The notes under the pieces: generated by a model | What the model was told of the DNA's origin: nothing | What the model saw: only the letters and a program-made list of their open reading frames with translations | The model's database searches: none | Position numbers and translations under genes: made by a program | Shown: piece after piece, positions 9,675 to 19,064 of the stretch | Position numbering within the stretch: position 1 is the first letter of the stretch | Layout of the letters: the number at the start of each line of letters is the position of its first letter | Origin: Candidatus Poribacteria bacterium | Lineage (GTDB): Bacteria > Poribacteria > WGA-4E > WGA-3G | Assembly (NCBI GenBank): GCA_965215265.1 | Contig: OZ244048.1 | Location: 3,648,001 to 3,712,000 of the forward strand | Direction of reading: 5' to 3' | Length of the DNA stretch: 64,000 nt

Positions 9675-10845
9675 GATGTTCACCTAACAACAATTTAAAA
9701 TACATATCTAATTCGGACTCTGCCTGTTGCTTTTCCATCGGGTTTATCTGAAAATGCTTTTTCAGGAAAGGATGGTGTCTAACAGTATCGCTGATGAAAC
9801 AGGGTTTATATTGCCTGAACAGATCATTATCTATAAGAACATCACAATTCCCGAAATAGAACGGAAGTCTATGCAGATTTCTTTTGAATACATCTACGTA
9901 GGCATAATAATCTAGTTTTCGCTTGTCAATTACAATCGTATTTTCACTATAACTTTCGACAAAGGTGCGATTTCTTTTTAATGCGTTGATATCTCGCATT
10001 GTCCAAAAAAAAAGCAAATCATCATTTTTGGAGCAATGGATGTCTCCCTCTACTGATGAAAACAAGGTATTACTATATGTCGGTCGATTCTTCTTGGGAT
10101 ATTTATCAATGTAACGAGTAATATAATCAAAATCACCAAGACAAAAATTACTTTCACATAATGTCCGAAAACGAAAAGAGCGAATAAAGTTGTAAGTCAT
10201 TCCTTGAGTTTTTCTCTGGTAAAGAGCAAGGACAATTGGAAAAGGCGTGAGTTTTGCTGAATCAGGAAATTCCCAGCTGCTGATTAATAGTCCGAAGATC
10301 AATCTGTAATTTGTGGTAAAATCCTTTAAGAGCCTGAAGTTGGTCGGTTTAATTAAATAAGACAATGGGTGCAAAACACAGATAAAATCTGCTTCGAGTT
10401 TATTATAGGAGCGGAGAAATGATATTCCTAAGTCCCGGCTCGCTAAGTCTTCATCTATGTCAAAATTGATACTTTTGATACTTTGACGAATAAAGGATGT
10501 CTTATCATTATAAGGTGGGTTCCCAACGACTATCAAATTGGACTGCTGAGGAATACCGAATTTTGCTCTTGATACGTTGCATAAAGCGTTCGCTTGAAAA
10601 AACAGAGCCTTATCATTGTTCTTTTTAGCTACATTGATTGCAGTCTCGTCTATATCACATCCAATTGTGATGGCCTGCCCACAATTTTTCAGGAAATCGC
10701 CGTATCCACACGTACTATCGATGATAGCCGTCTGTGAATGCACATAAGGCGCAATTATCTGCCAGGCTATATTCACAATTTCAGTAGGAGTGTAGTAACT
10801 ACCCAAATTTATTCTGCTCTTATACCCTAAGTGTGCTTGACTCAT
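9667..10845 (-). CDS. N6-adenine DNA methyltransferase (gamma class), cognate of the PabI-family enzyme
   Basis: NLGSYYTP, DSTCGYG (SAM binding), GNPPY (catalytic), RDLGISFLRSY, RDINALKRN. Confidence 0.9.
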   Translation of the reverse strand: MSQAHLGYKSRINLGSYYTPTEIVNIAWQIIAPYVHSQTAIIDSTCGYGDFLKNCGQAITIGCDIDETAINVAKKNNDKALFFQANALCNVSRAKFGIPQQSNLIVVGNPPYNDKTSFIRQSIKSINFDIDEDLASRDLGISFLRSYNKLEADFICVLHPLSYLIKPTNFRLLKDFTTNYRLIFGLLISSWEFPDSAKLTPFPIVLALYQRKTQGMTYNFIRSFRFRTLCESNFCLGDFDYITRYIDKYPKKNRPTYSNTLFSSVEGDIHCSKNDDLLFFWTMRDINALKRNRTFVESYSENTIVIDKRKLDYYAYVDVFKRNLHRLPFYFGNCDVLIDNDLFRQYKPCFISDTVRHHPFLKKHFQINPMEKQQAESELDMYFKLLLGEHHV

Positions 10846-10905
10846 TGTTTATTCAATTTTTATCACGAAGGACATCATCGAAGAATCTTCGGTTTACCAA
10901 TACAT

Positions 10906-11628
10906 TTATAGGTTTTGGTCAACCCATGCGACGACCTGTTGGGCCATAACATCAGCGAATTTACCAGAGAAAACGTGGTCAACTCCGGGAAGCTCAAGTA
11001 GTTCTGTTTTTTCATTTGCGTGGCTGAGAATGTCTCGGCTATCTTGAATCGGAACAACATCATCTTCTGTTCCATGAACTAATAGCCACGGGACATGTAT
11101 TTTCGATGCAGACGTTACAACAGAGTCAATTGCAAACAAATCAGTCATGTAGGCTTGAGAGAGCGGGCAGTCAGGTTCATCCCACATGAAGCCTTTGTCA
11201 GGTGTAACATCGCCGAATTCGCGTTGAGCGAACGCTTTTGTGTGTACCATGCCTGCGAGCGAGACGAGACATCGGATACGGTTATCGACAGCAGTCCGCA
11301 AGACACCGACAGCGCCGCCCATGCTATGTCCTACATAGCAGAGTTGATAGTCCGCAAGGGTATCAATGATACTGCCGAGGTCCGCTACCTCTTTAGTGAT
11401 AGTAGAATCGGTAAATTGGCCATCGGATCCGCCATTGCCGGAGAAGGAAAATCGGAGGGCATGAATTCCTGATGCGGCAAGTTTTTCTGCTAAAGCGATG
11501 AGAGCCGGTCTGTCTTTATTTCCTGTGACACCGTGGCCAATGATAACAATCGCTGGGCAATCTTGATTCCCTTGGTGGAAGGTATAATCGATTCCTTCAC
11601 CGTGTTCGTTTCTAATTTCGCCAAACAT
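10906..11628 (-). CDS. Alpha/beta hydrolase
   Basis: GHSMG nucleophile elbow, HGTEDDVV, DHVF catalytic triad. Confidence 0.9.
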   Translation of the reverse strand: MFGEIRNEHGEGIDYTFHQGNQDCPAIVIIGHGVTGNKDRPALIALAEKLAASGIHALRFSFSGNGGSDGQFTDSTITKEVADLGSIIDTLADYQLCYVGHSMGGAVGVLRTAVDNRIRCLVSLAGMVHTKAFAQREFGDVTPDKGFMWDEPDCPLSQAYMTDLFAIDSVVTSASKIHVPWLLVHGTEDDVVPIQDSRDILSHANEKTELLELPGVDHVFSGKFADVMAQQVVAWVDQNL

Positions 11629-11673
11629 AACTTGTGTATCCTGTATCGTAGAATATCCGCTTACTTGAATAAG

Positions 11674-11697
11674 GGCGGGGTTGTAAACCCCGCCTAC
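11674..11697. repeat. GTAG-type REP-like palindrome / terminator downstream of the molybdoenzyme large subunit
   Basis: Minus strand reads GTAGGCGGGGTTTACAACCCCGCC; stem GGCGGGGTT/AACCCCGCC. Confidence 0.6.
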
Positions 11698-11708
11698 AAA
11701 ACTGAGAA

Positions 11709-14006
11709 TTAACGTCCGTTGCTCTTCAAGGCATTAACCACCTTTTCTGGTTTAATCGGTAATTCGTTAATCCTGACACCGACGGCATCTCGAACAGCAT
11801 TTGCCATCGTTGCTAAGGTTGGCGTAATCGGTGGTTCACCAACACCTTTAGCACCATAAGGGCCATTGGGAGCTGGTACTTCAACGATGACAGATTCTAC
11901 AGTCGGCAGATCAGCAGAAGTTGGAACGCGATAATCGACAAAGCCAGGATTGACATTGCCGTTTTCGCTGTACTGCATCTCCTCCATCATTGCCCAAGCG
12001 TATCCTTGCACCGTGCCGCCTTCAATTTGCCCTTCAACCGCCATGGGGTTGATTGCAAACCCGACATCTTGAGAGGCAACGAGTTTTAACACTCTGGTCC
12101 TGCCTGTGTCGGGATCCACTTCAACTTTAGCAATTTGTGCTGCGAGAGCAGGGGTACTGGGTTGCCGGGCGAAGGAGCCTTTGCCGACAATCGGGCCACC
12201 TGTCGTGGAGAGACTATAAGCGGCCAATTCCGCTAACGAAATAGATTTAGGCGGATCCGCGCTCACAACGTGAACAGCCCCATTTCGAAGTTCAAGGTTA
12301 TCGACGTTGGCACTGAGGCGCTCCGACGCAAGTTCCAGAATACGCTGGTGTGTATCTTCAGCTGCTAATTTGGCGGTATTCCCCATCGTAAACGTTACCA
12401 CACTCCCGCCAGAACCTGTAGAATAGGGTGCAGAATCAGTGTCGCCGCGAGTGATAGTTACATTTTCGTAAGGGACGGTAAGAATTTCGGCAATAATCTG
12501 CGAAATCGCCGTGTCCGTTCCTGTAATATCCATAGAACCATGGAAAATCCGGACACTTCCATCTTCATGGACAGATACGTAGACACCTCCCGGGCCACAT
12601 CCGTTCGTCCAATCGCCGACAGCAACCCCCCAGCCTTGGTTTTCGCCGGCTTCACGGTTCCACCATCCTGCTGCATCAGCAACAGCTTCCAAAGTTTCTT
12701 TGTAGCCGACTTTGGGTTCACTACCGCCGGCTGGAATTTCGTCGCCTTCTTTGCGCATGTTCTTCAAGCGGAATTCAACCGCATCCATCCCGATACGTCG
12801 TGCGAGCTCGTCAAGTTGAGATTCGCCTGCAAAAATGGCTTGCGGTGCACCGGGCGCACGATAAGCAGCCGTTCCAGATTTGTTAGTGTGAACGCCGTAC
12901 GCGTCTACTTTGAGGTTCGGAATCTTATAGACACCTCGAACGCGAATCGTACTGCCAATAGAGGCCCCGGAGACAGAACCTGAATCCCAGAAAGCGAGTG
13001 CCTCCCGAGCAAGGATGCGGCCGTCACGGGTGGCACCAGTTTTAATTTTGATAACGCAGCCGGGGGCAGGTCTCCCATCGAGAAATTCCTCTTCGCGCGT
13101 CATCTGGACGCGTACAGGGCGGCTCGTTTTCTGCGAGAGCAGGACGGCTGGAACGTGGGTGATGATTACGCCGAAACGCCCACCGAAACCGCCCCCCATG
13201 GTAGTACCGATGACATTAACCTGCGTCAGTGGAATGCCCAACGTGCCTGCTATACCAGAACGAATTGCGAAGGGCCCCTGAGTCGATGCCCATACCGTGA
13301 TCTTTCCTGAAGAATCCGCACTAGCGACGGAGACATGCGGTTCCATATAGGTTTGGTGGACACGCGGAATGACGTATGTATCTTCAACCACTACGTCAGA
13401 CTCAGCAAAGCCTTTCTCAACATCGCCAACTTCGGAATGGCTCTCCGCAGAAATGTTATAATAAATTTCATCGGGGTAGGAATCTAATTCTGCCTCTAGT
13501 TCGAGAATTTTGTCCGCATGATCGGCTTCCTTATCCCGAGAGAGTTTCCGAATTTCGGCACTAACCTTGCGCCGATTTGGACCGTCTTTTGTGACATCAC
13601 CGTGTAAACGTGACGCAGACGGTTTAATCGCTTCCATAACATCTTGGACAACGGGCAAAACTTCATATTCAATCTTAATCAATTCTGCAGCTTCTTCAGC
13701 GATATCCGGATCGGTTGCGGCGACAGCAGCAAGCGGCTCGCCTAAGTAAAGCACTTTATCAGTAGCAAACACTCGGCGACCACTCGGTACATCCGCTTGG
13801 GTGATGATTGCTCTGACACCCGGCAGTTTTTCGGCTTCGCTCGTGTCAATATTCAGTATATTTGCATGCGCATGCTTGCTTCGCACCAGTTTGCCGTAGA
13901 GCATCCCGGGCGGGTGAACATCCGCGCCATATTGCGCAGCACCAGTCACCTTTTCAACAGCATCAACTCGCGCGACTTTTTGACCGACAACAGTATATTC
14001 TGACAT
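11709..14006 (-). CDS. Xanthine dehydrogenase/aldehyde oxidoreductase family molybdopterin-binding large subunit
   Basis: RVDAVEKVTG, GGGFGG, AYRAPG, GQIEGG, GAKGVGEP motifs. Confidence 0.95.
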   Translation of the reverse strand: MSEYTVVGQKVARVDAVEKVTGAAQYGADVHPPGMLYGKLVRSKHAHANILNIDTSEAEKLPGVRAIITQADVPSGRRVFATDKVLYLGEPLAAVAATDPDIAEEAAELIKIEYEVLPVVQDVMEAIKPSASRLHGDVTKDGPNRRKVSAEIRKLSRDKEADHADKILELEAELDSYPDEIYYNISAESHSEVGDVEKGFAESDVVVEDTYVIPRVHQTYMEPHVSVASADSSGKITVWASTQGPFAIRSGIAGTLGIPLTQVNVIGTTMGGGFGGRFGVIITHVPAVLLSQKTSRPVRVQMTREEEFLDGRPAPGCVIKIKTGATRDGRILAREALAFWDSGSVSGASIGSTIRVRGVYKIPNLKVDAYGVHTNKSGTAAYRAPGAPQAIFAGESQLDELARRIGMDAVEFRLKNMRKEGDEIPAGGSEPKVGYKETLEAVADAAGWWNREAGENQGWGVAVGDWTNGCGPGGVYVSVHEDGSVRIFHGSMDITGTDTAISQIIAEILTVPYENVTITRGDTDSAPYSTGSGGSVVTFTMGNTAKLAAEDTHQRILELASERLSANVDNLELRNGAVHVVSADPPKSISLAELAAYSLSTTGGPIVGKGSFARQPSTPALAAQIAKVEVDPDTGRTRVLKLVASQDVGFAINPMAVEGQIEGGTVQGYAWAMMEEMQYSENGNVNPGFVDYRVPTSADLPTVESVIVEVPAPNGPYGAKGVGEPPITPTLATMANAVRDAVGVRINELPIKPEKVVNALKSNGR

Positions 14007-14023
14007 ACGACGCTCCTATAGAT

Positions 14024-14063
14024 GAGGAATTCACCCCGCAGGGCGGGGAGAACTTCTTAATTG
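14024..14063. repeat. 40-bp imperfect palindromic repeat, copy 2 (intergenic)
   Basis: Identical to 8821-8860; lies just upstream of the RBS of the large-subunit gene. Confidence 0.95.
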
Positions 14064-14119
14064 CGATCTGCCAGATCGCTCCATCAATATGTTTCTGGGA
14101 GGTTTCCTCCCATAAAACC

Positions 14120-14350
14120 TTATGTAAGTTTAACGAGGTGGTGTAGTTTACCGCGGCCTATCGCGGTGTTGCATCTTTTACAGACATTCACAGTACTTTC
14201 ACTGACTTCTCGGCTATAAAGCACTTTGACACCGGTTCGTCCACAGACAGGGCAGGTGCCGCGGCCGTTGTTGTACTCGCCAGTATGGGTAACCCCTTTT
14301 GTATCAATATAGAGGTGCTTTATGCCTTTCCCACGATGTGTTTTCGCCAT
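14120..14350 (-). CDS. Small basic zinc-ribbon protein (76 aa, CPVC...CKRC)
   Basis: MAKTHRGKGIK...GRGTCPVCGRTGVKVLY...VCKRC; AAGAGG RBS before ATG 14350. Confidence 0.8.
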   Translation of the reverse strand: MAKTHRGKGIKHLYIDTKGVTHTGEYNNGRGTCPVCGRTGVKVLYSREVSESTVNVCKRCNTAIGRGKLHHLVKLT

Positions 14351-14550
14351 TTTTCCTCTTTTTGTATATCTCCGTACCATCAAAGGTTATGATTTTACAA
14401 CGCTGCTCTTGTGTAAATCTCGTCGGAGATTCCTTAGGCATAGCATAAAGCGGCTCTGGCGAGATTTGTAAAGGGTTTAAGATTGCAGCAGCCTTTATTG
14501 GGCTCCTGTAGACAAAAAACCTTCGATTTAAATAATAGATAAACGTAACC

Positions 14551-15030
14551 TTAGGCAGTTGTCTGAACCTCTTCGGCAGCTTGCATAACTGCTTCAAGAA
14601 TTTTGGTATAGCCGGTGCATCGACAGATGTTTCCACCGAGAGCGTGTCTAAACTCCTCTTCAGTCCGGTTAGGATTCTCATCTAAGAGTACCTTCGATGC
14701 CATGATGAAACCCGGTGTACAGAAACCGCATTGGTAGCCGCCAGTGTTAATAAATGCTTGTTGAACCGGATGAAGTTCGCCATCCGCTGCGAGTCCTTCA
14801 ACAGTAGTAATCTCTTTATTTGCAGTGGTAACGCCAAGCACCATGCAGGACGTGACAGCTTTCCCGTCCACAATAACGGTGCATGCACCGCAGTCTCCGG
14901 TGCTACATCCTTCTTTGGTACCGGTTAAACCGATCGTATCGCGCAGCACTGCAAGTAGTGTTTTACGTGGTTCAATAAGTAAATCGTACTCGTCCCCGTT
15001 GACGGTTAAAGTAATTGGAATTTTTGCCAT
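14551..15030 (-). CDS. (2Fe-2S)-binding small subunit of the xanthine dehydrogenase family enzyme
   Basis: GTKEGCSTGDCGACTV, QCGFCTPG, GNICRCTGY. Confidence 0.95.
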   Translation of the reverse strand: MAKIPITLTVNGDEYDLLIEPRKTLLAVLRDTIGLTGTKEGCSTGDCGACTVIVDGKAVTSCMVLGVTTANKEITTVEGLAADGELHPVQQAFINTGGYQCGFCTPGFIMASKVLLDENPNRTEEEFRHALGGNICRCTGYTKILEAVMQAAEEVQTTA

Positions 15031-15115
15031 TTTTTATCGGTCCTCAAATGTATTTCCCTTGGCATGAATGTCTACCTATCAACACCCAGCTCAGGCCAAA
15101 GGGGTAATCAAAGTG

Positions 15116-15976
15116 TTATTCGCCACTCAGGGCCCTTGCGACAGATTCTTGCACAGTGCGTTTGGTGAGAACATCAACCATCTCTCTACGATGTTCCGCA
15201 GAGCATCGCAAATCGGATATAGGACTACTTGCTGCTGCTGCTGCTGCTCCGGCTTGTTCCAGCAGTGCATCAGTGAGAGATTTGCCTTTTAGCAATTCTT
15301 CAGCCTCGGTTGCGCGAATTGGAGTCGGAGCGACAGCAGCGAGGCCAATCCGTGCATCTGTAATTGTATCGTTGTCCATATCGACTGCAGCAGCAACCCC
15401 GATGAACGCCAGATCCATCACTTCGCGAATTTTATGCTTGATATAATGTGAACCGGAAGCTGGCCCCGGCAATCGAAATTGTTTGATAATCTCACCCGAC
15501 TTTAACACAGTCTGCCCGGGACCGGTGAACAAGGCATGAATCGGCACGGTGCGTTCGGCATCTGCATTGGCGATGTCAACCTGTGCATCAAGGACGAGCA
15601 ATCCCGCGACAGTATCAGCAGCAGGTGAAGCGTGTGCAATATTCCCACCAATAGTGGCAAGGTTGCGGATTTGGATAGATCCTATTTCTGCGGCACCTTC
15701 TGCTAACGCGGTATAACGTCCCTGGATGACTGCGGAGAGCTCAACCTCACGCACTTTCGTCATCGCGCCGATGGTTACACCATTATTCGCATCAACTGTG
15801 ATACCTTCAAGGCCCGCTATTCTTTGTAAACTGATGACGGATTGTGGCGTTTCGGTTAGTGCCTTCATCCCGATAATCAGGTCTGTTCCACCGGCGAGGA
15901 GTTGTGCATGCTCTTGTGAGAACAAACGCGATGCTTCCGCAAGCGTGGTGGGTTCAAAAAAATCAAAACTTTTCAC
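15116..15976 (-). CDS. FAD-binding medium subunit of the xanthine dehydrogenase family enzyme
   Basis: LLAGGTDL, QIRNLATIGGN, ASPAAD, PISDLRCSAEHR; GTG start with GGAGG RBS. Confidence 0.95.
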   Translation of the reverse strand: MKSFDFFEPTTLAEASRLFSQEHAQLLAGGTDLIIGMKALTETPQSVISLQRIAGLEGITVDANNGVTIGAMTKVREVELSAVIQGRYTALAEGAAEIGSIQIRNLATIGGNIAHASPAADTVAGLLVLDAQVDIANADAERTVPIHALFTGPGQTVLKSGEIIKQFRLPGPASGSHYIKHKIREVMDLAFIGVAAAVDMDNDTITDARIGLAAVAPTPIRATEAEELLKGKSLTDALLEQAGAAAAAASSPISDLRCSAEHRREMVDVLTKRTVQESVARALSGE

Positions 15977-16027
15977 ATTTAAGCCTCCGTTTCATACGAT
16001 CCTAAGTGGTAACGGTAAATTTCTATT

Positions 16028-16349
16028 TTAGCCTTTAAAGGGGCCACCTTCGCCGTGTAGGACGGCAAACACCTTGGACTGCCTGTCTTAATCTGTCGGC
16101 ACATCGCCCGGGGTGAATTGTGATGCGTCACTTGCCATGTTCCGGCGATGTTACCCTGGTGAGGTGTACACCAAGTGCCCCAATCGCCCACTTTTGTCAG
16201 CATATCCCGTCCGTACCGAGGTAAAATGCCCAGGAGACTCGCGGGTCCACGCTTACTGGACCGCCAGGTTAACCCCGTTGTTCAGTTGGAACAATAACCG
16301 AGCGTGAGCATTATTATCGCTTCAATAAACAAAAGATTATAATTCTCAT
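16028..16349 (-). pseudogene. Possible decayed gene for a small secreted protein (alternatively a structured leader)
   Basis: GGAG + ATG giving MRIIIFCLL, then after a frameshift AHARLLFQL...VFAVLHGEGGPFKG with three in-frame TAA stops. Confidence 0.3.
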
Positions 16350-16506
16350 GAGAAGATTCTCCATTTAGCGTTGTAGTCCTAAAAAATCATAATCTATGGT
16401 AGTGCCGCGACATCTCAAAACCCCAATGGTGCCACAGGAAGGGAATTTTACTTTTCGACATAGTCTTCTCCTTCCCTTATATTCATAGGTTTTTCGTGAT
16501 GTTAAT

Positions 16507-16535
16507 ATTTTATAATGAATCTGAAAAATTGTCAA
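16507..16535 (-). promoter_or_regulatory. Sigma70-type promoter upstream of the molybdoenzyme operon
   Basis: TTGACA-17 bp-TAAAAT on minus strand. Confidence 0.65.
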
Positions 16536-16628
16536 GATAAAAAGATTTTTACGTGTCTTGATGGGTGGAACACGCACATAGATGTATCACTAAGATGGTG
16601 CAATACCTCGCTGATCCGCTTTATGACT

Positions 16629-17885
16629 TTAGGATAGGTTTTCAGGAATTGGCCATCCTGGTGTCGGTTCTGTCCGGAGTGCTTCAAGTTCATAAAGTTC
16701 TGCGACTGTGATTTCGCGGCGGAGTTTCGCGGATAAGAGTGCCCCACTCATAATCTCTGTCACTTTCAAGCCGACATCGCCGTTGCTCACAGGTTGCGCC
16801 TCGCTGTTACAAGCATCTAAGAAATCTCGAAATTTGTCCGGGAAAGACATATCTGGAAGTTCCAAGGGTGTTTCAATGAGATTGTCACGATAGCGTCTAC
16901 GATTACCTTGTTCATCGGTATCCCAGTTCCCTTTTTCAAGGAAGAGTCTATCGTTGCTGAACGCGCCTTTAGAACCGAAGATGAAGATGCCTTGCGGCTG
17001 CCCGCTCATATTGCTGGACCAGCCGTTTTCAAACGTAAACGACATGCCGTTCGTAAACCTGACAAATACAGAGGCGTGTTCCTCAACATCGTTAATCTCT
17101 TCACCAGTGTATTCAGGGTGCATGCCGCGGTAGGCAATCCCACTGATAGTAGCGGGCTGTGGACAACCAAGTAGGTAGATTGAACGGTTGATGAGGTAGA
17201 CACCCGTGTCATAGATGGTGCCGCCCCCACTGTAGACGGAATTGAGGAACCATCTGCCGAAGCCAAACATATCTACGTTAGGGCGGCCACGGGTACGATA
17301 ACTAGTGAGTCGTCCATAGTAGACATCTCCGAGCTTACCGGTGGTTATGTAGTCCCGAATGGCGTAACTTATGGAATCGAGGCATGTGCCGCCGCTCTGA
17401 TATGCGAGTTTGACACCAGCCTGCTTGCATGCGTCACGCATATTCCTCGCTTCTGTTGCCGTGCGCGCCATCGGTTTTTCGCAAAAGACGTGTTTTCCTG
17501 CACTCGCCGCTGCAACAGTCGCCGGTTCGTGAACAAAAGGGGGTGCAGCAATGCTGATGGCATCTAACTCACATCCCTTCAACATCTGATTGTAATCGTT
17601 AAAGATTTTAACACCGTTTTTGCTATATTCATTCAACAGCGCGCTATTGGCTTTCAACTGCTGACGTGCTTCTTGGGTATCTGCTTTTTCTGCTTCCTCT
17701 TTTGCAGATGCAGCACGTGTGGCCGCGCTGGAAAGCACCTCCGCTTGCCGGCGTTGTGCGTTCGCATCTACTGTATCGCAGACAGCAACGATTTCGGCGT
17801 GCTGAGGATGCGCAAGGTAGCCGTTGATGTGTGAACCGGATATCATGCCACATCCAATAAGACCTATTTTGATGCGTTTCGCCAT
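16629..17885 (-). CDS. Gfo/Idh/MocA family oxidoreductase with an N-domain helical insertion
   Basis: IGLIGCGMIS Rossmann motif, GKHVFCEKPM, GGGTIYDTGVY. Confidence 0.9.
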   Translation of the reverse strand: MAKRIKIGLIGCGMISGSHINGYLAHPQHAEIVAVCDTVDANAQRRQAEVLSSAATRAASAKEEAEKADTQEARQQLKANSALLNEYSKNGVKIFNDYNQMLKGCELDAISIAAPPFVHEPATVAAASAGKHVFCEKPMARTATEARNMRDACKQAGVKLAYQSGGTCLDSISYAIRDYITTGKLGDVYYGRLTSYRTRGRPNVDMFGFGRWFLNSVYSGGGTIYDTGVYLINRSIYLLGCPQPATISGIAYRGMHPEYTGEEINDVEEHASVFVRFTNGMSFTFENGWSSNMSGQPQGIFIFGSKGAFSNDRLFLEKGNWDTDEQGNRRRYRDNLIETPLELPDMSFPDKFRDFLDACNSEAQPVSNGDVGLKVTEIMSGALLSAKLRREITVAELYELEALRTEPTPGWPIPENLS

Positions 17886-17953
17886 TTTAATACTCCTTAA
17901 AGGCGTTGAAACGCGAGAGAGAACCCTCGCACTACAGTAATTTGTCCTCAGGT

Positions 17954-18619
17954 TTACAATCGTCCTGTTGGCGTATGCCCTGCCCCTACTTTGACATGCG
18001 TACCCTGTAATTGAATTTGCACATGTTCAATGCACTCTTGAAGGTTCTTAAGCGGAGATTTCGGATACGATTCTATGCTAAAGTTAAGATCGTTCTCCCC
18101 AAAGGTAACCATATCTACACCGGGTTTCGCGAATTTGCGAACATTAATGACAGCATCGACAGACTCAATCTGTAAGATGAGAAGGCCATTATTGTTCCAC
18201 CAATCAGCATATTCAAGCCGTTCTATGCCTGGTTTGAAACCGTAGCCTCGGCTGGGCCCCCAACTACGTTTACCTATTTGCGGATAATAGAAGGCATCAA
18301 CTGCTTCATAGACCGTTTCAACTTTCTCCACTTGTGGTACAACAATGGCGAGCGGTCCCAAATCAAGCATGTTGCCAATAAGATAGGTGTGTCGCGTGTG
18401 TTTAATCCGGAGTTGAACACCAACACCGAATTCGTTCGCCATTCCGCAGTATTCAACGAGTTTTTCTTCATCTGCAGCGGCATGCTGATGGTCGGTACCT
18501 ATTAAATCGTAGTCGTCTTGGCTGAGCACGGCTTCCATCTCATCGCGGGTGCAGCCGAAAGGAACACCGCTAGCAATTTTAATCGCTTCTTTATTACGGA
18601 CGCGTTGTTTCAAAGACAT
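17954..18619 (-). CDS. HpcH/HpaI aldolase family protein
   Basis: DHQH, LDLG..IVVPQVE, YYPQIGKRSWG, ILQIES, FGENDL motifs. Confidence 0.85.
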   Translation of the reverse strand: MSLKQRVRNKEAIKIASGVPFGCTRDEMEAVLSQDDYDLIGTDHQHAAADEEKLVEYCGMANEFGVGVQLRIKHTRHTYLIGNMLDLGPLAIVVPQVEKVETVYEAVDAFYYPQIGKRSWGPSRGYGFKPGIERLEYADWWNNNGLLILQIESVDAVINVRKFAKPGVDMVTFGENDLNFSIESYPKSPLKNLQECIEHVQIQLQGTHVKVGAGHTPTGRL

Positions 18620-18646
18620 TAGCCTAACCTCCTGATTGTTAAATCT

Positions 18647-18674
18647 ATTATAGACATTCTTTATTTTTTGTCAA
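18647..18674 (-). promoter_or_regulatory. Consensus sigma70 promoter for the aldolase/oxidoreductase genes
   Basis: TTGACA-16 bp-TATAAT on minus strand, about 28 bp before the start codon. Confidence 0.75.
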
Positions 18675-19064
18675 GAAATAAAAAAAGCAGAAGCAGCTGT
18701 ACAAGCCGTTATTGTCTCAATGTACTGTCAGCATAGTCTCAATCGCTAACGTCTCAAATTTCTATGAGTATAATTCATTTTCTGAAAGATAACAAGGTAG
18801 GAAAAACCTGCGTTTAGTGCAATGTAGTTTTCCAAATTTTTGACGTATTCCACAAGTTAAATAGCGATATATTTGAGAAAAATACTTGACAAATCGACGA
18901 TTTTGTGTAAAAATATATATAAGATAGTGACGAAAAGCATCTGTCACCTGTAACGTGCATGTTGTTAAGTCATGAGGCACGAAAATCTTTCATTGCAGAC
19001 GCGAGAAGCTTGGGAATTTACATGCCCTACTCGCCCTATTGCTTCTAAGAAAAAAGAGTTTAAT

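Noticed and set aside
11709-15976. Aerobic CO dehydrogenase (coxMSL)
   Set aside because: The active-site loop is AYRAPG, not AYxCSFR (form I) or AYxGAGR (form II), and no cox accessory genes are present
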